Shown here: one piece after another, positions 37,258-46,200 of the stretch
Layout of the letters: each line of letters starts with the position of its first letter
How positions within the stretch are numbered: position 1 is the stretch's first letter
Assembly: GCA_021372315.1 (NCBI GenBank)
Contig: JAJFUT010000109.1
Location: 3,759 to 67,758 of the forward strand
DNA from: Methanobacteriota archaeon
Lineage (GTDB): Archaea > Thermoplasmatota > Thermoplasmata > Methanomassiliicoccales > UBA472
Length of the DNA stretch: 64,000 nt
Direction: 5' to 3'
Notes under the pieces: model-generated
Databases searched by the model: none
Seen by the model: the letters and a program-made list of their open reading frames with translations, nothing else
What the model was told of the DNA's origin: nothing
Made by a program: the position numbers and the translations under genes

Positions 37258-37962
37258 TCAGTCCATGCTTACGACTGCGCCGCCCTCTGTCATGACCATG
37301 TAGGTGCGTAGCGGTATTTGCTTACCAGACAGTTCGATCGCCTTGCTCACGAGCTTCTTCGACACGCGACAGCAGGGCACTTCCATGTGCAGCAGCGAGA
37401 CGTCCTTGATGTCATTTGCCTTGAACATCGCCGCCAGCTTCTGAACGAACTCCCCGTTGTCGTCCAGCTTGGGGCAGCCGATCAGGACGATCCTGTCCTT
37501 GATGAAATCCCTTTGGATGTTCCCGCAGGCGAACGCCGTGCAATCTGCGGCGATGAGCAGGCTGGCGCCATTGAAGTACGGCGCCTTGACCGGCACGAGC
37601 CTTATCTGTATCGGCCAGGTGCTCAGCTGCGAGGCGTTCTCGCCCGAGGGGGCCGCGCTCATTGCCTTGAACTTCCTCGGGCCGGAGCCCGGACACGCAT
37701 GCATAGGTATGTCGTCGCAGCTCTTCTTCGACAGATGCTCCTTTGTGGCCATCTCATCGAACTCGTCCGCTTCCCTCTCAATGATCTTCAACGCATTGGT
37801 CGGGCATTCCCCGATGCATGCCCCGAGACCATCGCAGAACCTGTCGCTCACGACCCGAGCTTTGCCATCAACGAGCGCTATGGCCCCTTCGGCGCAGGCG
37901 GTCACGCAGTTGCCGCATCCCGTGCAAAGTGCTTCGTCGATCTGGATGATCTTCCTCTTCAT
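37258..37962 (-). CDS. 4Fe-4S dicluster-domain protein with a Cys-containing C-terminal domain
   Basis: CTGCGNCVTACAEGA and CDGLGACIGECPTNA, then a ~150-aa domain (LIGCPKLDD, EVPCC). Start chosen at MKRKIIQIDE; the ORF extends to 37983. Confidence 0.75.
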   Translation of the reverse strand: MKRKIIQIDEALCTGCGNCVTACAEGAIALVDGKARVVSDRFCDGLGACIGECPTNALKIIEREADEFDEMATKEHLSKKSCDDIPMHACPGSGPRKFKAMSAAPSGENASQLSTWPIQIRLVPVKAPYFNGASLLIAADCTAFACGNIQRDFIKDRIVLIGCPKLDDNGEFVQKLAAMFKANDIKDVSLLHMEVPCCRVSKKLVSKAIELSGKQIPLRTYMVMTEGGAVVSMD

Positions 37963-38053
37963 GATCATTCGACGAATCTGCATATATAAAATCCTTCTTT
38001 GACTAGATAGGTAAATATTCCGATAATTGCATCAATGACGGCCAGGTGCGCTT

Positions 38054-39154
38054 TTGACCGAAAGATTGCGGATCGTAGAGGTGAACGCCTTCCACTATCC
38101 TTACCGTGGTGGGATAGAGAATCGTGTCCACAACATCGGCAAACGATTGGCCGAAAAGCACGATGTTATCGTGCTGACGAGCCAGTTGCCGGATACGGAC
38201 CCCCGAGAGACGATCGATGGTTACGAAGTTTTGAGGCTCCCGTCGAAGTTCATAGGAAGATACAATCCTCCTTACGTGTCCACGTCTGGTCTGATGGAGG
38301 CTTTGAAAGCGTTGGATCCAGACATCGTTGACTTCCATTACCGCTGGGCGCCGACCTACAACAAGCTGGCGCGCGGATACCCCGGAAAGAAGGTGTTCAC
38401 GTTTCACAACACTTTCGGCGAGGGGGTCGGCATCACGAGACTGCCTTCCATGGTCAACGATCAGATGTGGAAACGCCATCTGAAACGGTTCGGCAAGGTC
38501 GTCTGCATCAGCGAGTTCATCAGGACAGACCTCATAAGGAGGGGACTCGACCCGTTAAAGCTGGTGACCGTGCCCAACGGCGTCGATATGCCTGACGTGC
38601 GCGCAGATATCGAGGAGAAGGACTTCATACTCTTCGTCGGCAGGCTGGTCGCCACGAAAGGTCTCCCATATCTGATAAGGGCCATGGCCCGAATCGACTC
38701 GAAACTGGTGATCTGCGGAGCTGGTCCCGAAGAGAGGCACCTCAGGAAACTGGCTTCAAAACTGGGCCTCGATCGCAAGGTCGAGTTCGCTGGAAAGGTC
38801 TCGGAGGAAAGGAAGTCCGAACTTCTGGCGTCCTGCAAGATATTCGTCATGCCTTCGCTTTACGAATCGTATGGGATAGCTGTCGCAGAGGCCATGTCGT
38901 TCGGCAGGCCGATCGTGGCCACGAGCGTCGGAGGTCTACCGGAGGTCGTCAAGGATGCTGGCCTGATCTCAGCCGCCAAGGACCCGTCCGACCTTGCATG
39001 CAAGATCAATGATCTTCTTCTCGATGATGGTAGGAGAGCGATCATGGGAGCGAGAGCGAGAACATATTCATTGAAGTACGATTGGGATTCCATCGCATCA
39101 AAAATGGAATCCCTGTACGTCCAATCCATTTACAACGGCCATGGTGACCATTAG
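38054..39154 (+). CDS. GT4-family glycosyltransferase
   Basis: 366 aa. FVGRLVATKGL, PSLYESYGIAVAEAMSFGRPIVATSVGGLPEVV (EX7E region). Confidence 0.85.
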   Translation: MTERLRIVEVNAFHYPYRGGIENRVHNIGKRLAEKHDVIVLTSQLPDTDPRETIDGYEVLRLPSKFIGRYNPPYVSTSGLMEALKALDPDIVDFHYRWAPTYNKLARGYPGKKVFTFHNTFGEGVGITRLPSMVNDQMWKRHLKRFGKVVCISEFIRTDLIRRGLDPLKLVTVPNGVDMPDVRADIEEKDFILFVGRLVATKGLPYLIRAMARIDSKLVICGAGPEERHLRKLASKLGLDRKVEFAGKVSEERKSELLASCKIFVMPSLYESYGIAVAEAMSFGRPIVATSVGGLPEVVKDAGLISAAKDPSDLACKINDLLLDDGRRAIMGARARTYSLKYDWDSIASKMESLYVQSIYNGHGDH

Positions 39155-39555
39155 GGTCCGTTCAGGTTCAAATATCGTCCGAATCCGAAGCTTTTTTGCG
39201 AATATGTCATTGTTTTCCCGTCCATGATCGGAAATGACGGTGCATCGGCCGAGAGAACGATCTCGATCCCTAAGACCGGTAGATGGTGTTCAATCAGATC
39301 GAAATCACGTGCTTCAAGTTGATGAACGAACATGCTGGACCATCTACGATATGGTTCTCGTAAACGCTAATGCATCGGTATCGATAGGCCGATTGTCGGC
39401 CCGATCGCCCATCCACCTCAGGCCACCATATGACGGTTTCCTCGGCGTCGCCGGCCGGTCCATCGGTGATGATACCATGCGGTCTCAAAACAGGATATCT
39501 AGCTACGGATAGCGGGAGGGGGCTATTTTATTCATATTAATACCCGTTTGAAGCA

Positions 39556-40149
39556 ATGCTGACTTATAATAGGCCGGATTTACACAATTGGGGTATTGCC
39601 ATCTCGAAATACAGTATCCAGAACGTGGTTGCATCCGCAAATTTGGGCACAGAGCTCGATCTAAACGTCCTCGCACTCAATCTGAATGGAGCCGAGTATG
39701 AGCCTCAGGCATTTCCTGGCCTCATCTTCAGGCTGAAGGAGCCTAAGACCGCGACCTTGCTTTTCCATAGTGGGAAGCTCGTCTGCACCGGCGCCAAGAC
39801 ATTGGAGCAGGTGAAGCTCGCGATCGAAACGGTCGTGAAGAGCGTCAAGGAGGCCGGGGTAACGATCACTGGCACACCTACCTACGAGGTCCAGAACATC
39901 GTCGCTTCGTCCGATCTCGGACAGCCGATCGATCTAACGTCCGTCGTCATATCATTGGGCCTGGAGAGGGTAGAGTACGAGCCGGAAGTGTTCCCTGGTC
40001 TCGTTTACCGCATGAGCGACCCGAAGGTCGTGTTCCTGCTCTTCGGTTCCGGAAGGCTCGTGTGCACCGGCGCACGCAAACCTCACGATGTCGAGGTGTC
40101 CGTCGACAAGCTGACGGAAGAACTGCGCGCGGCCGACCTGTTGCACTGA
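39556..40149 (+). CDS. tbp: TATA-box binding protein, paralogue 1
   Basis: 197 aa with two TBP repeats. IQNVVASANLG...EYEPQAFPGLIFRL...LLFHSGKLVCTGAK and VQNIVASSDLG...EYEPEVFPGLVYRM...LLFGSGRLVCTGAR. Confidence 0.9.
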   Translation: MLTYNRPDLHNWGIAISKYSIQNVVASANLGTELDLNVLALNLNGAEYEPQAFPGLIFRLKEPKTATLLFHSGKLVCTGAKTLEQVKLAIETVVKSVKEAGVTITGTPTYEVQNIVASSDLGQPIDLTSVVISLGLERVEYEPEVFPGLVYRMSDPKVVFLLFGSGRLVCTGARKPHDVEVSVDKLTEELRAADLLH

Positions 40150-40297
40150 ACGTGCACTGGCCGGTATCTCTCCGAAGACGCAGCCGCGATCCTTTCCGAA
40201 TTGGACGACCCGATCCGACCCGGGGCTTGATGATGAAGGTCACAACGTTCCTTGATCGGGCGACCGTCCCTTATTAAATCATTCGACGTCGGCTTCA

Positions 40298-40305
40298 TTT
40301 AAATA
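40298..40305 (+). promoter_or_regulatory. TATA box (TTTAAATA) upstream of TBP paralogue 2
   Basis: Matches the archaeal TTTAWATA consensus. 20 nt separate it from ATG 40326, consistent with a leaderless or near-leaderless transcript. The ATACCA and ATTTTAC blocks downstream of it recur upstream of TBP paralogue 3. Confidence 0.4.
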
Positions 40306-40380
40306 TACCATAAATTTTACTCTCCATGGGGCATCGTTATATCGAACTACAATATCCAGAACATCGTAACGTCCGCGAAC

Positions 40381-40887
40381 TTGGGCACAGAGCTCGATCT
40401 CAACTCCCTCGCCCTCAATCTGAAGGATGCTGAGTATGAGCCTCAGTCGTTCCCTGGCCTGATCCTTCGTTCGAAGGAATCCAAGACGACGGCGCTATTG
40501 TTCAGAAGCGGGAAGATCGTTTGCACCGGCGCCAAGAACCTCGAGCAGGTCAAGCGCTCGGTCGAATCCGTCGTGAAGAGCGTCAGGGAGGCAGGCATCC
40601 CCATCGCCGGAGTCCCAACATACGAGGTCCAGAACATAGTTGCCTCGTCGGACCTCGGGCAGCTCATCGATCTAACTTCGATCGTCCTGTCCCTCGGACT
40701 CGACAAGGTGGAGTACGAGCCTGAGGTTTTCCCAGGTCTCGTGTATCGCATGAAGGAACCGAAGGTCGTGTTCCTGCTCTTCGGGTCAGGGAGACTGGTC
40801 TGCGTCGGGGCTCGGGTGCCCGAGGACGTCGGGACGGCCATCGACAAACTGACGGAAGAGCTGCGCATGGCCGATCTGTTGCACTGA
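40381..40887 (+). CDS. tbp: TATA-box binding protein, paralogue 2 (canonical start displaced; homology extends upstream to 40327)
   Basis: The ORF-track ORF starts at TTG 40381. The same frame is open and TBP-homologous from 40327 (WGIVISNYNIQNIVTSAN). The only ATG (40326-40328) is one nt out of frame and sits next to a GGGG run. Confidence 0.7.
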   Translation: MGTELDLNSLALNLKDAEYEPQSFPGLILRSKESKTTALLFRSGKIVCTGAKNLEQVKRSVESVVKSVREAGIPIAGVPTYEVQNIVASSDLGQLIDLTSIVLSLGLDKVEYEPEVFPGLVYRMKEPKVVFLLFGSGRLVCVGARVPEDVGTAIDKLTEELRMADLLH

Positions 40888-41058
40888 GAGCCACATTTCT
40901 AAGAACAAAAAGGAATCCGGTTCGATCCAGGTATCGATCTGGAACGATCGCTCGTTTTCAGGAGTCGCACCTGATGTATTGGTCGTCCCGAGATCCTTTT
41001 CATCCTTCGGCCTGCGATCTACGAGCAACCTCTATAGCAAATACCAAGCTCATTTTAC

Positions 41059-41625
41059 ATGGTCTGTGGGATCCTCATATCAAAATATTGCGTTCAGAAC
41101 ATGGTAGCATCTGCAAGTCTGGGCAGAGAGCTTGACCTCACCACTCTTGCGCTCAATATGAACGGGGCCCAGTATGAACCGCAGACCTTCCCCGGATTGG
41201 TCTTCCGGTTAAAGGAGCCTAAGACAGCGACTCTGCTCTTCCACAGTGGAAAGCTCGTTTGTACTGGTGCCAAGACCCTTGCACAGGTCGAACTCGCCAT
41301 TGAAACAGTTGTCAAGAGCGTCACGGAAGCTGGCATTCCGATCACTGGCTCCCCCACCTTCCAGGTTCAGAACATCGTCGCTTCGGCGGATCTTGGGTGC
41401 CATTTAGATCTTACGTCGTTGGTCATATCATTGGGTCTGGACAAGGTGGAGTATGAACCAGAGGTGTTCCCAGGTCTGGTCTATCGTATGATCGAACCTA
41501 AGGTGGTATTCCTCATTTTCGGGTCTGGTAGATTGGTATGCACAGGGGCACGGACATCACAGGATGTCGGGATCGCAGTGGATAAGCTGACGGAAGAACT
41601 CCGCGCGGCCGATCTTCTGCAATGA
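41059..41625 (+). CDS. tbp: TATA-box binding protein, paralogue 3
   Basis: 188 aa, MVCGILISKYCVQNMVASASLG.... Both TBP repeats are intact. Confidence 0.9.
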   Translation: MVCGILISKYCVQNMVASASLGRELDLTTLALNMNGAQYEPQTFPGLVFRLKEPKTATLLFHSGKLVCTGAKTLAQVELAIETVVKSVTEAGIPITGSPTFQVQNIVASADLGCHLDLTSLVISLGLDKVEYEPEVFPGLVYRMIEPKVVFLIFGSGRLVCTGARTSQDVGIAVDKLTEELRAADLLQ

Positions 41626-41648
41626 ACCAATCTCCGATCTTAAGAATG

Positions 41649-41654
41649 AAAAAA
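41649..41654 (-). terminator. oligo-T tract downstream of tRNA-Pro
   Basis: The minus strand reads ...CATCATATCACTATTTTTTCATT beginning right after the tRNA 3' end. Oligo-T is the usual archaeal terminator. Confidence 0.35.
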
Positions 41655-41667
41655 TAGTGATATGATG

Positions 41668-41743
41668 TGGTGGGTCTGTCCGGATTTGAACCGGAGTCAC
41701 CAGCACCCCAAGCTGGAAGGATACCAAGCTACCCCACAGACCC
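41668..41743 (-). tRNA. tRNA-Pro (anticodon GGG), CCA encoded
   Basis: Hand-folded. Acceptor GGGTCTG/CAGACCC. D arm with G18G19. Anticodon stem CCAGC/GCTGG with loop TTGGGGT (GGG, G37). T arm TCCGG-TTCAAAT-CCGGA. Discriminator A + CCA. Confidence 0.9.
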
Positions 41744-41769
41744 TTAAAAAATTGGGGTTGATAAAGGGT

Positions 41770-41961
41770 TTAGCCTAGAGGGATCAGTTCCTCGAGCAGG
41801 TCCGAATGCGAAATGATCATGCGCCTGCAGCAGTAACGCGTCAGGCCCAGGTCGTCCAGCACTTCCTTCGGGTCCTCTCCCATCTGCACCCTCTTGACGA
41901 AGGTCTGATACGAGCTTCCGATGACCTTGCCGCACGTGAAACATCTCACCGGTATTATCAT
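41770..41961 (-). CDS. rpoN: DNA-directed RNA polymerase subunit N (Rpo10)
   Basis: 63 aa. [15 protein letters not shown]...[11 protein letters not shown]. Confidence 0.93.
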   Translation of the reverse strand: MIIPVRCFTCGKVIGSSYQTFVKRVQMGEDPKEVLDDLGLTRYCCRRMIISHSDLLEELIPLG

Positions 41962-41967
41962 TCCTGC

Positions 41968-42372
41968 TCACCTGTAGGACTTCTGCCTCTTCTTCCTTGC
42001 ACCACGGCCCAGGGGCTTCTTCGGCAGCTTTCTCCTGATGTCGGAGATCAACAGTGACCTGTCGAACTGCTTGACAGCCTTTTCCAGTTCCTCATCGCCG
42101 TAATACTCTACGATCGACTTAGCGATTGCGGTCCTGGTCGCCTCGGCCTGACCCATGACACCGCCGCCAGCCACGCTGACGTCGATATCGACCTTCTTCG
42201 CCCTCTCACCTAGAAGGGCAAGGGGCTCCATGATCTTGAGCCTGGCGAGCTCTGGCTGCCATGCCTCGATCGGGACCGAGTTGATGCGTAGCTTGCCGGT
42301 TCCTTCCTGACAGACTGCGCGAGCTACTGCCGTCTTCCTCTTTCCGCTCGTGTTGATGACCTTTGCCGCCAT
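41968..42372 (-). CDS. rps9: 30S ribosomal protein uS9
   Basis: 134 aa. TSGKRKTAVARA...GGGVMGQAEA...RKKRQKSYR. Confidence 0.95.
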   Translation of the reverse strand: MAAKVINTSGKRKTAVARAVCQEGTGKLRINSVPIEAWQPELARLKIMEPLALLGERAKKVDIDVSVAGGGVMGQAEATRTAIAKSIVEYYGDEELEKAVKQFDRSLLISDIRRKLPKKPLGRGARKKRQKSYR

Positions 42373-42376
42373 GTAC

Positions 42377-42802
42377 TCACCTCACCTTGGAGCCTAGGAA
42401 CTCAGCGACCTCGCCGACGAAGATGTACTTCTCGGTGTTGAGCTTCGTTGCGCTAGCGATCTTCTCCATCTTCGCGTCGGCGAACTCCACAGGGACCCCG
42501 ACATAGATCTTGAGCTTCTTGTAAGCCGCCTTGCCTATTGGGTGGTCCCAAGGAAGCATTCCCCTGACCATGCGCTTTAGAATCAGATCAGCGCGCCTCG
42601 GGTAGAACGGCCCAGAGTGGGCGTAGCCCCTGTCGCGCTTTGACTTGTATTTCTCATATATTGCATAACGGTCACCTGTGATGACCGCCTTCTCGGCGTT
42701 GACGATGACTATCGTCTCGCCCTTGAGCAGCTGGTGAGCCACAGTGGTGGCGAGCCTTCCAGCGATGTGCTTCTCCGCATCGATTACGATCATCTGATTC
42801 AC
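42377..42802 (-). CDS. rpl13: 50S ribosomal protein uL13
   Basis: 141 aa. VIDAEKHIAGRLAT...AVITG...RMVRGMLP. Confidence 0.95.
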   Translation of the reverse strand: MNQMIVIDAEKHIAGRLATTVAHQLLKGETIVIVNAEKAVITGDRYAIYEKYKSKRDRGYAHSGPFYPRRADLILKRMVRGMLPWDHPIGKAAYKKLKIYVGVPVEFADAKMEKIASATKLNTEKYIFVGEVAEFLGSKVR

Positions 42803-43158
42803 CTCATGATCTTGATGCCGGTCCCGTTGGGCTTCATCTTCACAAGTTCCATTATGCTGATGCCCTTACCGCCGGCCTCCGCGATCTTCTTCTTCGCGGA
42901 TTCGGAGAAATCATACGCAGCTACGGTTACCTTCTTGTTGATGCTGCCAGCTCCCAACACCTTACCGGCTACGACGACGAAGTCGCCATCGGTGGTGTAT
43001 CGCTCTAACTTGCTCAGGTTGACTTCCGCCCTATTCGCATTGGACTTCTCAAGTCTCTGAGCAATGTCTCGCCAGATGTCCGCCCCGTTCTCCCTCGAGG
43101 ACTTCTTGAGGTCCGCGATGAGGAGCACCAGGTTCGGATCAGTCTTCTGTAGTCTCAT
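42799..43158 (-). CDS. rpl18e: 50S ribosomal protein eL18 (L18e)
   Basis: ATG at 43158 (MRLQKTDPNLVLLIADLKK...) is preceded by GGGAGAG and gives 119 aa, the usual L18e length. An upstream GTG at 43191 is the alternative start. Confidence 0.88.
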   Translation of the reverse strand: MRLQKTDPNLVLLIADLKKSSRENGADIWRDIAQRLEKSNANRAEVNLSKLERYTTDGDFVVVAGKVLGAGSINKKVTVAAYDFSESAKKKIAEAGGKGISIMELVKMKPNGTGIKIMR

Positions 43159-43263
43159 TTGTCTGACTCTCCCGACATTGGTAAGCGGCACTAATAGAGA
43201 GGGGGTTAAAATACCTTTCCAAGCGCCGCTAGAGTCAATGACACCAAGCCAGCAACCCCGTTC

Positions 43264-46200
43264 TCATTTATCAGCTTGTCGCTTGATCGCGACCTTGACA
43301 GCCTCTTCTATCCGGTCCAACGTCCTCTCCCTGTCAAGCGCCCAATCCCGGGACCACACACGGATGGTGTTCCAGCCGAGGTTCTTGAGAACGCCCTCGC
43401 GGACGATCTCCCTGTCCCGTGCGTTCCGACCGGCGGTGTACGACGTTCCGTCGCAGAGCACTCCGATGAGATACCTGCCCTTCTGGGCCGGGTCCATGAC
43501 CGCCACGTCGACCCTTATCGAGGACGAACCCACGTTCCTGGCGACCTGGTGCCCCCTCGCGGTGAGCGCCGACGCTATGGAACCTTCGAGCATAGACTTC
43601 GACAGAGCGATCTCCTGCGGCGTCATCGCCACCCTCCCGCCCTTGGACTCGGCATGGTCGAGGTAGTCCCTCAGAAGGACGACCCCTAGAGGTCCGTTCT
43701 GGCCTACCTGTATATCCCTGGACATGATCGAAGAGACGACCTTCACGGACCTTCTGGCCCTGGTGATCGCCACGTTCAGCCTCCGCGCGCCTCCTTCCTG
43801 GTTCAGCGGCCCGAAGTTGAGCGTCATCGTCCCGTTCCCGTCCTTGCCATACCCGACGGAGAAGATCATGACGTCCCTCTCATCGCCCTGCACGTTCTCC
43901 AGGTTCTTCACGAAGAACGGCTCCGAGCCTTCGTCGTCGAAGAGGTTCGCGAGCTCGGGCCGGTCCCGGCTCATGGCCTTCACCTTGTACTCAAGAACGT
44001 CCAGGACCGCGTCCTGTTGCGCCACGCTGAACGCCACGACGCCCAACGACATCTCGGGATAGGCAAGGTATTGATCGATCACGGTGTCAGCGACGATCGC
44101 CGCCTCGATCCTGTTATCTCTCCTTCCGCCCCTGTCGTACACTCCGTCCTTGACATGGATGAGCTCTATCCCCTCGCCCGGTCTCGACGGTTCGGCCGAA
44201 GGCGTCGTGATGAGCTTGCCGCCGTAGAGGTGGCGGTTGGAGAATGAGATGAGCGATTCCTGCCTCGACCTGTAATGCCATAAGAGCATCCTCTGCTTAA
44301 GCCCTATCGTCCCGCACTCGTCCAGAATGCTCTCGAGGTCCTCTAGCTCGTCCTCGTCGTCGGTCTCCGAGATGCGGTCGAAGAAACGCGTCGGGGGCAG
44401 CTGCCTGTTATCGCCCACGACCACGAGCTGTTTTCCTCTCAGTATGCAGCAGATCGCGTCCTCCGGGACGATCTGGGACGCCTCGTCGAAGATGACGACG
44501 TCGAACTGCACCTTCTCTGGCGGAGGGAGGAACTGGCTTACGGATATGGGGCTCATCATGAAGCAGGGCTTGGCGACGCCGAGCACCGTCGGGCTCCTAG
44601 CTATCATCTCCCTGACCGCAGGCCTCTTCTTGCTGCCCTTGAGCCCGATGAGATAGCCCTCCTCCTGCCTCCACCTCTCGTCGGCGTTCATCCTGTTGTT
44701 CTTGATCTTGTCGAAAAGGAGCTTCCTGAGCCTGGCCTTGGATATTTCCCTGGAGTCCTTGTCGAGCTGCTTGTACTTGGATATCCTGTCCATGTGCTCG
44801 GACGAGTTGAACCGGCCGAGCGCCTGCTCCTTCGCGTGCAGCTCCTGCAGCCACAGCTGGAAGAACCTCTTCCTGAACATCGGCTTCAGGTCCGATAGCG
44901 CGGGCTGACGCTTCAGCACCTCCTCGTAGAGCGAACCGAGGCCTTCGGCCCTGAGCATCGCCTCGGTCTCCCTGAACTCGACCCACTCAGCGAGCCTGGC
45001 CTTGGCATCGACGTGGCCCTTGGCGAACGTCCTCAATCTGATCATCTCGGACGACCCGTCGAACGCCCTGAGGTTGTCAACAAAGAGGTTCCGTGCCGAC
45101 CCGAGCGCGAGGTCCAGGTCCTTCATCGCCCTGAGCGCCGTCGGTCCGTTACCGACGACGTCCTCCCTGAGCTCAGTTCCCTCGGCGACTACCTTCACCC
45201 ATGAGCCATCGTATCCGGGCATGTCCATGAACGATTTCGTCCAGCGCAGGGCAGATATGACCGGTCCCACGTCCTTTCCCATGTCGCCGTTATATCGTCC
45301 GAACCATTCAACGCCGTTCTTCTCGACATCTGCCAGCAATGTTTTGGCGCGCTGGTATTTTCTTAGGGCGAGCACGTCCCTGCGCGCGTCCTTGAACCCG
45401 ACCTTGCCGGTCGTGGACAGCATGTTGATCGCCTTCATGTCGATCCTGTAGCTAGTTCTGAAGATCCTGAGAAAGCTGGTATATTGCTTCTCGAACCTGT
45501 CCGCATAGGCGGTGCCGTCGAAGTCGAGGAACTCCTTCTTGTATCTCGTCAGGATGTATGCCTCGTTCGTGTTCGATTCGTCCGTGGCCGTCAGGAGCTT
45601 CATCGCTATGTCTAGGAGCCTCTCGGCCTCCCCCTTGGCGAACCAGTTCCTTGGCGGGAGCGGCGACCCTCCTGCGACGGAGAGCAGCGCCGAGAACTTA
45701 CGCATGGAATCGAGGCTCTTCGGGACCTCCATTCCCGCCTTCGGGCAGAACGCCGAGGATATCGCCAGAAGCTTCTCGATCTCCTTGAACACATCCTCCA
45801 GCCTGACGATGAGCTCCGCCTGTTCGGCCGGTCCGAGGTTCTTCAGGTCGCAGTCCCTCCATGGGTGGATCTCCCTCTCGACGAGAACGGACCTCGATGA
45901 GATGAGCCTCTGTATCGCATGCTCGGCGCTGTCCATCCTCTCCCTCGTGAAAGTCAGCGTGCCAGGGAGGTCGAACACGATCTGAGGATAATCATGCAGC
46001 GAGGCCAGCTCGCCATAGGCATGATGGGCGCTCATCTCCATAGGGCCCTGGGGGGAATGGAGCATGGCGACGTAGGCGTTGAGCTCCTCCCTGACGGTCC
46101 GCAGATGATTGAGCTTGAACTCGTCCTGCCCCTCGGTCCTGTGATCGACCATCTCGAGCGGACGAAGCATGCTCTCCAGAACGTCCTGCTTCGTCGGGTT

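Noticed and set aside
40225-40290. C/D-box sRNA candidates (GATGATGA at ~40227; GTGATGA at ~39465)
   Set aside because: No D box (CTGA) or terminal stem lies at the required 50-70 nt distance, so the C-box-like strings are probably chance.
41744-41770. TATA-like TTTATCAA upstream of tRNA-Pro as its promoter
   Set aside because: It lies only ~14 nt from the mature 5' end, too close for the usual -26 spacing. The promoter is probably further upstream, inside the rpoN 3' region, and cannot be placed by eye.
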